Below, piece after piece: positions 1 to 12,745 of a stretch of 64,000 nt of DNA (its first letter is position 1; each line of letters begins with the position of its first letter). Origin of the DNA: Chiloscyllium plagiosum (taxonomy: Eukaryota); NCBI RefSeq assembly GCF_004010195.1, contig NC_057750.1, positions 11,122,390-11,186,389 on the forward strand. Reading direction: 5' to 3'. Both the position numbers and the translations under genes were made by a program. The notes below the pieces were generated by a model. That model searched no databases. It was not told where the DNA came from and was given only the letters and a program-made list of their open reading frames with translations.

Positions 1-155
1 GTGACCGGTAACACAGGGACTGACCACCCCCCCCAGTGACCGGTAACACAGGGACTCACCCCCCACAGTGACCGGTAACACATGGACTGACCACCCCTCC
101 CAGTGACCGGTAACACAGGGACTGATCTCCTCACACCAAAGTGACCAGTAACTGA
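1..155 (+). repeat. Minisatellite, ~33-37 bp unit (CAGTGACCGGTAACACAGGGACTGACCACCCC), cut by the window edge
   Basis: GTGACCGGTAACACA recurs at 1, 37, 68 and 103, with a degenerate copy at 140. Confidence 0.9.
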
Positions 156-164
156 GGGTCTTAT

Positions 165-840
165 CAGGGCGGGGCCTGGTTAGTATTGGGCGTGTCCTAA
201 GAAGAGGGCAGAGCCCAAAGAGCTGGGGGCGTGTCTGGTGAATATGGGGCGTGGCCCTGGGAGTAGCGATGTGGGGGCGTTCCCGGTGAGTATGGGGGTG
301 GGCCCCACGGGGTATGGGGCGAGTGCGGTATGGGGCGGGGCCATGACGCCGGTATTAGGGGCGTGTCCGCTTTGTATGGGACGTGTCCCAGGGAGCCTGG
401 GTATATCCGCGGGGATGGGCCAAGAAACATGTCCCGGTGAATATTGGGCGGACCCCATGGAACAGGAGGCGTGGCCCAGAGAGCAGGGGGCGTGTCCTGT
501 TACTAAGGGGCGGAGAGGGGCGTGTCCGGTTACTGAGGGGCGACCGAGGAGGAGGGGTCAGGAACAGGGCTTCAAGCGCCGGTTCGGAATTTGTCATCTG
601 CCTGGATTCGCCCCCTTGGACCAACCGCAGCGCAGGAAGGGTCTACGATTAGGGTCTCTGCCACCACCGGGCGTGTTCAGTTCGTGCCGGTCCCTTACCG
701 TTCTCCGGGAGGAGAGGGAGGCCCAGCGGCTCAGCAGCACCGCCATCCCTCACCCGAGGAGACGACACTGAGACAGCAAGAGCGGCCCTGGGAGGCGGCG
801 CAGTCGCTGCAGCGCCACCCTCGGCAGGAAGACTGAAATG
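165..840. promoter_or_regulatory. CpG island with an array of GC-box (Sp/KLF-like) motifs
   Basis: High GC and CpG content against a CpG-poor background; repeated GGGGCGTGTC/GGGCGG units in 168-545. Confidence 0.7.
699..746 (-). CDS. Probable first coding exon of a neighbouring gene (MAVLLSRWASLSSRRT) that continues off the left edge
   Basis: Strong Kozak gggATGG, ACG|GTAAGG donor, inside a CpG island; Arg/Ser/Leu-rich peptide with no acidic residues resembles a mitochondrial presequence. Confidence 0.6.
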
Positions 841-1576
841 TTCAGCTCACAGTTCAACAGCAGTCAGACTGTGCATTGAAGGCTGACTTTGTAGTTAGTT
901 CCTCAAATATGTGCAGAAAAGGTAGGGTGGGGGCGGAGATCACAATTAATTTATTGGTAAGGATTGTATCCAATTGGAAGAAGCAGTGTGGAAATCCGCA
1001 ATGCATCGTGGTAGGTCAAAGGATGTCAATCTTCACTGTCAGCGCTTCGAAAGCTACTGCTTCCAAATAAACCTGTTGGACCATAACCTGGTGTTGTGTG
1101 ACTTATAACAATCTCCACTGTAGAAGACTTAGAGTATTTCCAAAAGATGCATTGAACATCAAGGTTTGAAAGGGAGAGAGGAACATAAAATAATTAAAGA
1201 AATAGCACTAGAAAAACTATTAGAACTAAAGGCTGAAAAGTCCCTGGATCAAATTTGAAAGGATGTCACGAAGTTGCTGCACATCACTGAGCATAAATAC
1301 TACAGAGTGGATGGAGTTAGAACACTTGGAATAACATTAAACCTTCAGGAAGACACACAAAGAGCACATGGACTCGAAAATGTGACGAAGATAGATAAGC
1401 CCTAATGTACTTTGTGATGAAAAGTAGTACACTGGAAATCAAGCCTTGCTTTTCCCACAATCATCATAAGAATCAAATATTTTCAAAAGTGCAAAGATTT
1501 CCTTGATTTACCTGTCTTCTTAAATGCAGGTTTCTACACTTAACAAGAGTTAGAATCTAAAATGTAAAAAAAATCA

Positions 1577-1890
1577 GGGCAGCACGATGGCTCAGTGGTT
1601 AACACTGCTGCCTTACAGCACCAGGGTTCCAGGTTCAATTCCAGCCTTGGGCAACTGTCTGTGTGTAGTTTGCACATTCTCCCCGTGTTTGTGTGGGTTT
1701 CCTCTGGGTGCTCTGGTTTCCTCCCATAGTCCAAAGACATGTAGTTTAGGTGAATTGGCCATGCTAAATTGCACATAGTGCTAGGTGAATTAGTCAGAGG
1801 GAGATTGGTCTGGGTGGGTTACTCTTCAGAGGGTCAGTGTGGACTGGTGGGGCCAAAGGGCCTATTTCTGCACTGTAGGGATTCTAATCT
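1577..1890 (+). mobile_element. tRNA-derived HE1-like V-SINE
   Basis: Pol III box A TGGCTCAGTGG and box B GGTTCAATTCC, central GGGTTTCCTC...TCCCACAGTCCAAAGA domain, CR1-like tail. Confidence 0.88.
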
Positions 1891-2216
1891 TAAAAAAAAA
1901 ATTGCTGGAAAAGCTCATCAGGTCTGGCAGCATCTGTGGATAGAAATCAGAGTTGATGTTTCAGGTCAAGTGACACTTAGTTCTCTTTCTATTTTTAATT
2001 TTGTTCAAGAGTTAAAACCTATTTATTTATAATGAAAATTAACCACATACCAATTAAGAACTGTCAACATATACCTCTACAAATTAAAAGACACACGGAT
2101 GGAAGGGGGAAACATTTGTGTATGGGTAGAGAGAAAGACTGGGAAGGTTCAAAGGACCCTGCCAACAACAACTGTGGAGCTTGCACGTTCTCCCCATGTT
2201 TACACGGGTTTGCTCC

Positions 2217-3089
2217 ATAGAGTCATAGAGATGTACAGCATGGAAACAGACCCTTTGGTCCAACCCACCCATGCTGACCAGATATCCCAACCCAATCTAG
2301 TCCCATCTGACAGCACCTGGCACATATCCCTCCAGACCCTTCCTATTCATATACCCATCCAAATGCCTCTTAAATGTTGCAATTGTANNNNNNNNNNNNN
2401 NNNNNNNNNNNNNNNNNNNNNNNNNNNNNNNNNNNNNNNNNNNNNNNNNNNNNNNNNNNNNNNNNNNNNNNNNNNNNNNNNNNNNNNNNNNNNNNNNNNN
2501 NNNNNNNNNNNNNNNNNNNNNNNNNNNNNNNNNNNNNNNNNNNNNNNNNNNNNNNNNNNNNNNNNNNNTCCTGTACAGCTGCAACATGACCTCCCAACTC
2601 TTGTACTCAATACTCTGACCAATAAAGGAAAGCATACCAAACACCTTCTTCACTATCCTATCTACCTGTGACTCCACTTTCAAGGAGTTATGAACATTCA
2701 CTCCAAGGTCTCTTTGTTCAGCAACACTCCCTAAGATCTTACCATTAAGTGTATAAGTCCTGCTAAGATTTGCTTTCCCAAAATGCAGCACCTCACATTT
2801 ATCTGAATTAAACTCCATCTGTCACTTCTCAGCCCATTGGCCCATCTGGTCAAGATCCTGTTGTAATCTGAGGTAACCCTCTTTGGTGTCCACTACACCT
2901 CCAATTTTGGTGTCATCTGCAAACTTACTAACTGTACATCTTATGCTTGCATCCAAATCATTTATGTAAATGGCAAAAAGTAGAGGACCCAGCACCAATC
3001 CTTGTGGCACTCCACTGGTCACAGGCCTCTAATCTGAAAAACAACCCTCCACCACCACCCTCTTTCTTCTACCTTTGAGCCAGTTCTGT
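2217..3089 (-). mobile_element. CR1/HER1-like LINE 3' fragment (young subfamily)
   Basis: SGVPQG.VLGPLLF.IYINDLD, KFADDTK and MEFNSDKCEVLHFG RT motifs, 3' tail; contains an N-gap. Confidence 0.92.
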
Positions 3090-4176
3090 TAGCGGTTTGG
3101 ATCAGACATTGGCTAGGTGAAAGAAGACAGAGGATGGTGGTGTCTTCTTGTTTCCGCTGGAGTTTAGAAGAGTGAAGGATGGGAAATATTCATCCTGGAG
3201 TTCAGTTACTAGTGATGTACTGCAAGGATCTGTTTGGGGTCCACTGTTGTCTATCATTTTCATAAATGTCCTGGATGAGGGCATCAATTTGCGGACGACA
3301 CTAAGGTCAGTAGAGTTGTGGATAGTGGCAAAGGATATTGTAAGTTACAGAGGGACATAGATAAATTGCAGAGCTGGGGTGAGAGGTGGCAAATGGAGTT
3401 TAATGCGGAAAAGTGCGAGGTAATTCACTTTGGAAGGAGTAACAGAAATACAGATTACTGGGCTAATGGTAAGATTCTTGGTAGTATAGGTGGGCAGAGA
3501 GATCTCTGTGTTTAGGTACATAAATCCTTGACAGTTGCCACCCAAGTTGATCGGGATGTTAAGAAGGCATATGGTGTATTACCTTTTATTGGTAGAGAGA
3601 TTGAGTTATATGCTGCACCTGTACAAAACTCTGATGTGGCCGCACTTGGAGTATTGTGTACAGTTCTGGTCACTGCATTATAGATTGTGTACAGTTCTGG
3701 TCACTGCATTATAGGAAGGATGTGGAAGCTTTGGAAAGGGTTCAGAGATTTACTGGGATGTTGGCTGGTATGGAGGGAAGGTCTTACGAGGAAAGGCTGA
3801 GGGACTTGAGGCTGTTTTCGTTAGAGAGAAGGTTGAGATGTGATTTAATTGAGACATATAAGATAATCAGAGGGTTAGATAGGGTGGACAGTGGGAGCCT
3901 TTTTCCTCGGATGGCAATGGCTAGCATGAGGGAACATAACTTTAAATTGAGGGGTGATAGATATAAGACAAATATCAGAGGTAGTTTCTTTACTCAGAGT
4001 AGTAGGGGTGTGGAACACACTGCCTGCAACAGTAGTAGACTTGCCAAGTTTAAGGGCATTTAAATGGTCATTGGATAGGCATATGGACAAGAATGGAATA
4101 CTGTTAGGCTTCAGTTTGGTTTCACAGGTCTGCACAACATTGAGGGCTGATGGGCCTGGACTGCGCTGTTCTATGT
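3090..4176 (+). mobile_element. CR1-like LINE 3' fragment (second subfamily)
   Basis: QGSVWGPLL, WQMEFNAEKCEVIHFG, YEERLRDLRLFSLERR; frameshifted. Confidence 0.9.
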
Positions 4177-4179
4177 AAA

Positions 4180-5530
4180 CCTCGTAGAGAAAAAGTCTTC
4201 TTATTTCTATCCTGAAAGGGCAGCCCCTAATTACAAAAGTGCCCCTTATTTATGGACTGATCCACAAGAGGAAACATCCTTTCCATGTCCACTTTGTCCC
4301 GACCATTTAGGATCTTGTACACTTTAATCAGGTCATCCTTCACTCTTCTAAACTCCAGTGGAAACAAGCCCAGCCTGTCCCACTTTTAAGACAAACTGCT
4401 CAGTCCAATATCAATCTAATAAATGTGCTCTGAGCAGTCTCCAATGTATGTACACCCTTACCTAACTAAGGAAACCAAAACTGCACACAGTATTTGAGAT
4501 GTGATCCCACCTATGCCCTATATAACTGAAGCATAACATCCTTAACTGCATGTACATTTGATCTTATAAAAAGCACTTAGCATTCTTGATTATATGCGGT
4601 GCCTGCATATTAGCTTTTTATGACTCCAGGACACCTAAATCTTTCCCTACCCTGGAATTCAGTTTTCTCCATTTAAGAAATACTTTTGCTCTTTTATTCT
4701 TCCCACAGAAGTGAACAACTTCATATTTCCCCATGTTATCTTCCATCTGCTACATTTTTTGCCCACTCTGTCAATCTTACGTCATCTTCTATTTTACTGC
4801 TTGATATTGTCTGCAACTTTAGCTAGTGTGCCTTCACATCCCTCATCTTAGTCATTGATGTTAACTGGAAAAGGTTGAGGCCCTACAGACCTCTTGCGGG
4901 CCCTGCTTGTCACACCTTGTCAATCAAAGACTCATTTCTACATATGGCCAGTCAGCAAATCTTCCATTCATACTAATACATTACCCCCACATCATGAACT
5001 TTTATTTTCTGCCATAACCTTTGATGTGGCACCTTTTCAAATGCCTTTTGCAAATCCAAGTATGGTACATTGGCCATGCTAAATTGGCCCATAGTGTTAC
5101 GTCAATTAGTCAGAGGGAAATGGGTCTGGGTGGGTTACTCTTCGGAGGGTCGGTGTGGACTGGTTGGTCTGAAAGGCCTGTTTCCACACTGTAGGGAATC
5201 TAATCTAATGGCTCACCTTTATCAACAGCACATTGCTCCCTCAAAGCACTACAGCTGACAGGTCAAACATAATTCCCTTTGACAAGACCATGCTGACTCT
5301 TCCCAACCACCTTTGAATTTTTTTTAAAGTGTGCAACGATAATCTCTTTAATGACTGATTCTAACACTTTCCCCATGACAGAGGTCAAGCTATTTTGCCT
5401 ATAGTTTCCTATCTCCATCCCACCTTGAATAGATGAGTTATATTTGCTACTTTACAGTCCAATGGAAACTTTGCCGAATCCAGGGAATTTTGGAAAATGA
5501 ATTCCAATGCACCTTCTACCTCATTATCAC
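4180..5530 (-). mobile_element. Old CR1-like LINE relic interrupted by a SINE 3' end (5070-5208)
   Basis: Degenerate RT-like sequence on the minus strand with many indels. Confidence 0.6.
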
Positions 5531-7243
5531 CTCGGACAGTGCAGTATTACTTTAATGCTGCATCAAAGTGCCACCATCTGCTTTGGTCATCAAGGACCTG
5601 AACAAGAAACCTTGTGATTCAGAGATGGGCCCACCATTAACTGAGCCATCAATTTCAACATTCAGTTAGATCATGGCAGAACTGCATCTTAACTCCATCG
5701 ACCAGCTTTGGATCTAGATTATCTAATATCCCAGACAACAAAATCTTCTATTCTCAAGTGAATACAAGCCTAATTGTTAGCAACTTCTTTAAGACCTTGG
5801 GATGATGACAATATGGACCCAGAGACTCATCAGCCCACAGCTTCCTAAATTTATTTAGTATCGCTTCCCTTGTGATTATAATTGTATTAATTCCTCATTC
5901 CCTTCCAGTTCTTGATTTATAGCTGTTACAGAAATGTTTTTTATATCATCTGTAGAGAAGGCAGAAGCAAAATATTTGTTCATTTCAGACTTGTTTTTTT
6001 AAAAATCCCTTCATAAAAGTGACCACTACCCATATACTACTTTTGAAATCCATACTCTCAAGATAATATCTTGTAAAGACTGTCTCTTTTTATTTTTCAA
6101 TATTTTGATTGAGAATTAAAATGGGAAAAGGATTCTTTTGAAAACCAATGATTGCTGTAGTTTTTAGAAGCAATCAACCTGACACTCATTACTTATACAG
6201 CTGCTTTTCAAGCTGTGGTGTCATGGAGTTTTACAGAATGGAAACAGACCCTTCGGTCCAACTCACCCAGGCCGACCAGATAAGCTAAATTAATCGAGTT
6301 CCATTTGCCAGCATTTGGATTACATCTCTCTAAATCGTTCTTATTCACGTACCAATCCAGATGTCTTTTCAATGTAATTATACCAGCCTTCACCACTTCC
6401 TCTGGCAGCTCATTCCATAAACCCAACACCCATTGTTGCCCCTCCTTTCTCCTTTATTTCTTTCCTTTCTCGCCTTAAACCTATTTCTTCTAGTTTTGGA
6501 ATCCCCTACCCTTGGCTATTCACCATTACCATACCCCTCAAGGTTTTATAAACCTCTATAAGGTCACCCCTCAACTTCAGTCATTTCAGGGAAAATAGCT
6601 ACAACACATTAACTAAAGTCAAGGGGTTGTGTATGAGTGGAGTTTGAAAACAAGTAGCTGATTGGTTTGTAGACTAGTGACCAGTTATTGATGTTAAAGG
6701 CCTTCTGTCTGCCACTGTATGCTTAGTTCCCAGGTGCTTAGCAGCCTGGGCGCGTGAATGAGATAAGCAGAAGTGATCAGATCTCTGCAAGGCCAGGTGC
6801 TGTCTCTCTTCTCCCTGCAGTAAAAACCACCTTAACCATATGAACGCCGAGTTATTCTTCCTTCAGTAGTTGCTGTAAGCTGTGGATCTTAAAAGGTAAG
6901 CCACAGTCTCTGCAAGTGTAAACCTGTATCTCCTGCAAACACATGAAAGTATCTACAGAATGACCAAGGAGCAGCACATCCTGACAAGCCAAAAGGACCA
7001 TCTCAGTAAAACCTGGAGTCATAGAATCTCCACAGTGTGGAAGCAGGCCACTTGGCCCATTGTGTCCACATCAAACTTCAAAGCATCCCACCCAGACCCA
7101 AACCCCTACCCTATCCCTGTAACCCTGCATTTCATTTGGTTAATCCACTTAGCTTGTACATCACTTGACACTATATGGTAATTGAGCACGATCAATCCAC
7201 CTGACCTGCACATCTTTGGACTGAGGGAGAAAACCAGAGTACA

Positions 7244-8060
7244 TGCATTGAGTTTTTTGAAGAAGTAACAAAGAGGATTGATGAGAGCAGAGCGGTAGAT
7301 GTGATCTATATGGACTTCACTAAGGCGTTCGACAAGGTTCCCTATGGGAGACTGATTAGCAAGGTTAGATGTCATGGAATACAGGGAGAACTAGCCATTT
7401 GGATGAAGAAGGTGTTTGGTATGCTTTCCTTTATTGGTCAGAGTATTGAGTACAGGAATTGGGAGGTCATGTTGCAGCTGTACAGGACATTGGTTAGGCC
7501 ACTATTGGAATATTGCGTGCAATTCTGGTCTCCTTCCTATCGGAAGATGTCATGAAGCTTGAAAGGGTTCAGAAAAGATTTACAAAGATGTTGCCAGGAT
7601 TGGAGGATTTGAGCTACAGGGAGAGGCTGAACAGGCTGGGACTGTTTTCCCTGGAGCATCAGAGGCTGAGGGGTGACCTTATAGAGGTTTACAAAACTAT
7701 GAGGGGCATGGACAGGATAAATAGGCAAAGTCTTTTCCCTGGGGTCGGGGAGTCCAGAATTAGAGGGCATAGGTTTAGGTTGAGAGGGGAAAGATATAAA
7801 AGAGACCTAAAGAGCAACTTTTTCACACCGAGAGTGGTACACGTATGGAATGAGGTGCTAGAGGATATGGTGGAGGCTGGTTCAATTGCAACATTTAAGA
7901 GGCATTTGGATGGGTATATGAATAGGAAGGGTTTGGAGGGATATGGGCCTCAGGTGGGTGCTGGCAGGTGGGACTAGAATGGGTTGGGATATCTGGTCGG
8001 CATGGACAGGTTGGACCGAAAGGTTTGTTTCCGTGCTGTACATCTCTGTGACTTTATGAC
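7244..8060 (+). mobile_element. CR1/HER1-like LINE 3' fragment with an internal deletion near 7403
   Basis: DFTKAFDKVP then jumps to KKVFGMLSFIGQSIEY, skipping the VPQG/FADD segment present in 18586-19843. Confidence 0.9.
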
Positions 8061-8699
8061 CCTAAATCACCCTCAATCCCATGCCTCCATATTTTGTGCC
8101 ATAATTATGTGACTTTGTAACTCTGCCTCAGGTGGGAGGAGTAGGTTAATGGATTACTTTTAAGACAAAGATGGATTGATTCTTCTACCCCTAAAAGAAA
8201 ATCTTAAGGTAATTGGGGTAATTAAGAGAAAGTGGAATTTGGAACAAACAATTCAACCATGATCTTATTGAATGGCAGAGCAGATTCAAGGGACTGAATG
8301 GCAACTTCGGTTCCTATTTCATATCTTCAGACAGCCCTCTGGCACAGTAACCTAGCTCAATGTGTGTTAGATATATTGGGCCCACTTACAGTTATAGAGT
8401 CAGAGAGATGTACAGCATGGAAACAAACCCTTGGGTCCAACCCTTCCATGCCAACCAGATATCCTAACCTAATCTAGTCCCATTTGCCAGCACTTGGCCC
8501 AAATCCCTCTAAACCCTTCCAATTCATATACCCATCCAGATGCCTTTTAAATGCTGTATTTGTACCAGCCTCCACCACTTCCTCTGGCAGCTTATTCCAT
8601 ACACCCATCACACTCTGTGAGAAAACATTGCACCTTGGGTCCACTTCTGATGTTATGGAGAGGAGGTAATTGAATAAGGCAGTTGAAAATGGTTGGACA

Positions 8700-9830
8700 A
8701 AGACCACCCTGAGAATCTATTGCAGAGGTGTCCTGGACCTCAGATGACTGACCTCAAATAACCACAACCATCTTCCATTCTGCCAGGTACAACTTTAACC
8801 AGGAGGGATTTTCTTCTAGATTCCCATTGGACTCCCATATTGCTTGGGCTCCTTGATGCCTCACTCAGTCAAATGTAGCCTTGATCAAGGGCTGTCACTC
8901 TCACTCTCACCTCTGGAATTCAGCATTTTTGTCCATGTTTGAACCAAGGCTGTAATGAGGTCAGGAGCTGGGTGGCCTTGGCAGAACCCAAACTGGGCGT
9001 CACTGAGCAGGTTATTGCTGAGCAGGTGCTGCTGATAGCACTGTTGGTGACACCTTCTGTCACTTTTCTGTTGATCAAGAGTAGACCAATGGGACAGTAA
9101 CTGACCAGATTTGATTTGTCCTGCTTTTTGTGTACAGGACATACCTGGGCAATTTTCTACATCATCGGGTGATACCAATATTGTAGCTGGATTGCAAGAA
9201 TTTGGCACAAGCCTTCAGTACCATTGCAGGAATATCATCAGGGTGCATTTTCTTTTCAGTATCATGCTTCCAGCTATTCTTTGATATTACCTGGAATGAA
9301 TCAAATTGGCTAAAGATTGGCACCTATAATGCTGGGAACTGCTGGAGGAGGCAGAGATGGATCATCCACTCAGTATGTCTGGTGGAAATTTATTGTAAAT
9401 TCTTCACAGCTTTGTCTTTTGCACTGTTGTGCTGGGCTCATCCATTATTGAGGGTGGGGATATTTGTGGAGCCTATTCCCCCAGTGCTTTGTTTAATTGT
9501 CCACTACCACTCATGATTGGATGTGGCAGGACTGCAGAGCTTTGATCTGATTTGTTAATTATGGGAAACACTTAGCTCTATCACTTGCTGCTTGCGCTGT
9601 TTCGCATGCAAATAATCCTGCTTTCTAGCTTCAAGCAGACACCTCATTTTTGGTATGCCTAGTGCTACTCATGGCATGCTCTCCTGCACTCGATTGAACC
9701 AGAGTGGATGCCCTGGCTTGATGGTAGTGGTCAAGTGGAGGATATGCCAGGCCACAAGGCTGTACTCAAGTACAATTCTGCTGCTGATGATTCACAGCAC
9801 TTCATAGATGTCTGGCCTTGGAGGTGCTAG
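8700..9830 (-). mobile_element. Degenerate non-LTR retrotransposon RT fragment (CR1/L2 superfamily, distinct from the young CR1)
   Basis: LLSDAQFGFCQGHPAPDLITALVQTW matches the QFGFR..S..D RT segment. Confidence 0.7.
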
Positions 9831-10019
9831 CTCTGTAAGGTACTCTGTCAGTGAATGTAAGAATATCTCATGGCTCTCTGGATTATAAGTCAAACACTAA
9901 TACCCCAACACCATTGTCTGATGGTTTAACAAGCTGGTAAAGATTGAATGGGCTGAATGGCCTACTTTTGTACTAGAAAGATCAGCTGAAGTAAATTTTG
10001 ATTATAAACACAAAACACA

Positions 10020-10270
10020 CTCACTGTTGTGATGTCAGAAAGCCAGCAGCCAATTCACACAAAGGAAGCTTCATGATCAGCCAAGTGCTACAAAGCTGAT
10101 AACCCAGTGTTTTTTTGTCCCCCATAACGGTTTTTATATAATACTGGCCAGCACAGCACATTGCTCTACTTCCAAATAGTGCCTCAGGATCTTTTACATC
10201 CAGCTAAGCAGACAGATTGGGCCTTGTTTTAGCATCGCACATGAGCAAGGGTATCTTGGACAGCACATGC
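10020..10270 (-). mobile_element. Ancient Deu-domain-like SINE relic (SacSINE1/AmnSINE1-like)
   Basis: Degenerate GCAGCCAATT..CACA.....GGATCTTTTACATCCA motif recalled from DeuSINEs (not verified by search); related relics at about 25560-25830, 46060-46300, 50750-50970 and 57160-57370. Confidence 0.5.
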
Positions 10271-10707
10271 ACAGCTTTGAAGGCTAAGTGGCAGTGCAAA
10301 GATTCACCATGCCACCTTAGACAACACCTTCCAAACCCAACCACCACTTCTGTCTAGAAGAATAAGAGTATCAAAGGTGGTATTCCTCTGTATCTAGGTT
10401 CCCGTCCAAGTCACTCATCATCCTTACTTAGAAATAGATCACTATTCCTTCAGCACCACTGGAACTCCTTCCCTGAATGCATGGTGGGTGTAACTACACT
10501 GAATGGACTGCAGCTGTTCAAGGCTGCAGCTCACTACCAACACCTTGAGGGCAATTAGAGTAGTGCAATAAATTGCAGCCAGCATAATCTAAATTCCACA
10601 AATGAATGAAGAAAAGCTTTCAATATTCATTTGCATGTGTTACAACATGGGTAAACCACTCCCCTACTTAATTTAAACCAGCAACACCGAAGAGATTTAT
10701 CCCATGC

Positions 10708-11101
10708 AGTAATCTGAAAATTCAAGAGACCAAGAACTATTTAAAAGTAAAATTCAACAACTATATTTCTTAAAGTATAACAGAATAACCAACTTTTAAC
10801 ATCTCCTTCCTCTAACCTATCTTTTACTTTCTATAATACTAGTCCAATAAACCCAGTCCCCTCCTAAATAAGATTTACCAATAAAATTCAAATTTCACAA
10901 TCAGAGTAATCTGAAAATTCAAGAGACCAAGAACTATTTAAAAGTAAAATTCAACAACTATATTTCTTAAAGTATAACAGAATAACCAACTTTTAACATC
11001 TCCTTCCTCTAACTTATCTTTTACTTTCTATAATACTAGTCCAATAAACCCAGTCCCCTCCTAAATAAGATTTACCAATGAAATTCAAATTTCACAATCA
11101 G
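10708..11101 (+). repeat. Tandem duplication, 2 x 197 bp
   Basis: 10708-10904 and 10905-11101 differ at only 2 positions that I could see. Confidence 0.95.
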
Positions 11102-11250
11102 CCCTCTGTCAAATCTTTGTATCTTCTTCTGTAGATTTGCTCTCCAAGTCAGTGTCGATGTTCCAACCCCACCCCACCCCCAAACCTCCAGTGCAAACTC
11201 CTTCTTGAGACAGGTATCTTTGATTTCGGACAAGCAGCCAACACCAGTTG

Positions 11251-12745
11251 GTCATAGAGATGTACAGCATGGAAACAAACCCTTCAGTGCAACCAGTCCA
11301 TGCCGACCAGATATCCCAACCCAATCTAGTCCGACCTGCCAGCACCCGGCCCATATCCCTCCAAACCCTTCCTATTCATATACCCATCCAAATGCCTCTT
11401 AAATGTTGCAATTGTACCAGCCTCCACCACATCCTCTGGCAGCTCATTCCATACANNNNNNNNNNNNNNNNNNNNNNNNNNNNNNNNNNNNNNNNNNNNN
11501 NNNNNNNNNNNNNNNNNNNNNNNNNNNNNNNNNNNNNNNNNNNNNNNNNNNNNNNNNNNNNNNNNNNNNNNNNNNNNNNNNNNNNNNNNNNNNNNNNCTT
11601 CACTATCCTATCTACCTGCGACTCCACTTTCAAGGAGCTATGAACCTGCACTCCAAGGTCTCTTTGTTCAGCAACACTCCCTGGGACCTTACCATTAAGT
11701 ATATAAGTCCTGCTAAGATTTGCTTTCCCAAAATGCAGCACCTCACATTTATCGGGATTAAACTCCATCTGCCATTCCTCAGCCCATTGGCCCATCTGAT
11801 CCAGATCCTGTTGTAATCTGAGGTAACCCTCTTTGGTGTCCACTACACCTCCAATTTTGGTGTCCTCTGCAAACTTACTAACTGTACCTCTAATGCTCAC
11901 ATCCAAATCATTTATGTAAATGACAAAAAGTAGAGGGCCCAGCACCGATCCTTGTGGCACTCCACTGATCACAGGCCTCCAGTCTGAAAGGGAACCCTCC
12001 ACCACTACCCTCTGTCTTCTACCTTTGAGCCAGTTCTGTATCCAAATGGCTAGTTCTCCTTGTATTCCATGAGATCGAACCTTGCTAATCAGTCTCCCAT
12101 GGGGAACCTTGTCGAACGCCTTACTGAAGTCCTTATGGATCTCATTTACTGCTCTGCCCTCAATCTTCTTTGTTACTTCTTCAAAAATTTCAATCAAGTT
12201 TGTGAGACATGATTTCCCATGCACAAAGCCATGTTGACTATCCCAAATACATGTACATCCTATCCCTCAAGATTCCCTTCAACAACCTCCCCACCACTGA
12301 GGTCAGGCTCACAGGTCTATAGTTCCCTGGCTAGTCTTCACTGCCCTTCTTGAACATTGGCACCACATTTGCCAACCTCCAGTCTTCCGGCATCTCACCT
12401 GTGACTATCAATGATTCAAATATCTCAGCAAGAGGCCCAATCACTTCTCTAGCTTCCCAGAGAGTTCTCGGGTACACCTGATCAGTTCCTGGGGATTAAT
12501 CCACCTTTAACCGCTTCAAGACATCCAGCACATCCTCCTCTGTAATCTGGACATTTTGCAAGATATCACCATCTATTTCCCTACAGTCTATTTCTTCCAT
12601 ATCCTTCTCCACAGTAAATACTGATCTAAAACATTCATTTAGTATCTCCCCCATTTTCTGTGGCTCCACACAAAGGCCGCCTTGCTGATCTTGGAGGGGC
12701 CCTATTCTATCCCTAGTTACCCTTTTGTCCTTAATATATTTGTAA
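11251..12745 (-). mobile_element. CR1/HER1-like LINE ORF2 RT fragment
   Basis: GKSCLTNL, DFSKAFDKVPH, SGVPQGSVLGPLLF, KFAEDTK; 3' tail; contains an N-gap. Confidence 0.93.

Noticed and set aside
1..155. CRISPR-like repeat-spacer pattern; also a CACAGTG RSS heptamer at 64-70
   Set aside because: The spacers are homologous to each other (a minisatellite), the context is eukaryotic with no cas genes, and there is no nonamer at 12 or 23 bp
238..771. 177-aa plus-strand ORF and overlapping ORFs
   Set aside because: Low-complexity translations of a GC-rich repeat and CpG island where stop codons are rare
1577..1650. tRNA gene-like box A/B sequences here and at many other sites
   Set aside because: They are SINE heads continuing into SINE bodies; no complete cloverleaf
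11376..12224. 282-aa reverse transcriptase ORF as an active element
   Set aside because: 5'-truncated CR1 with the catalytic FADD changed to FAED and upstream frameshifts
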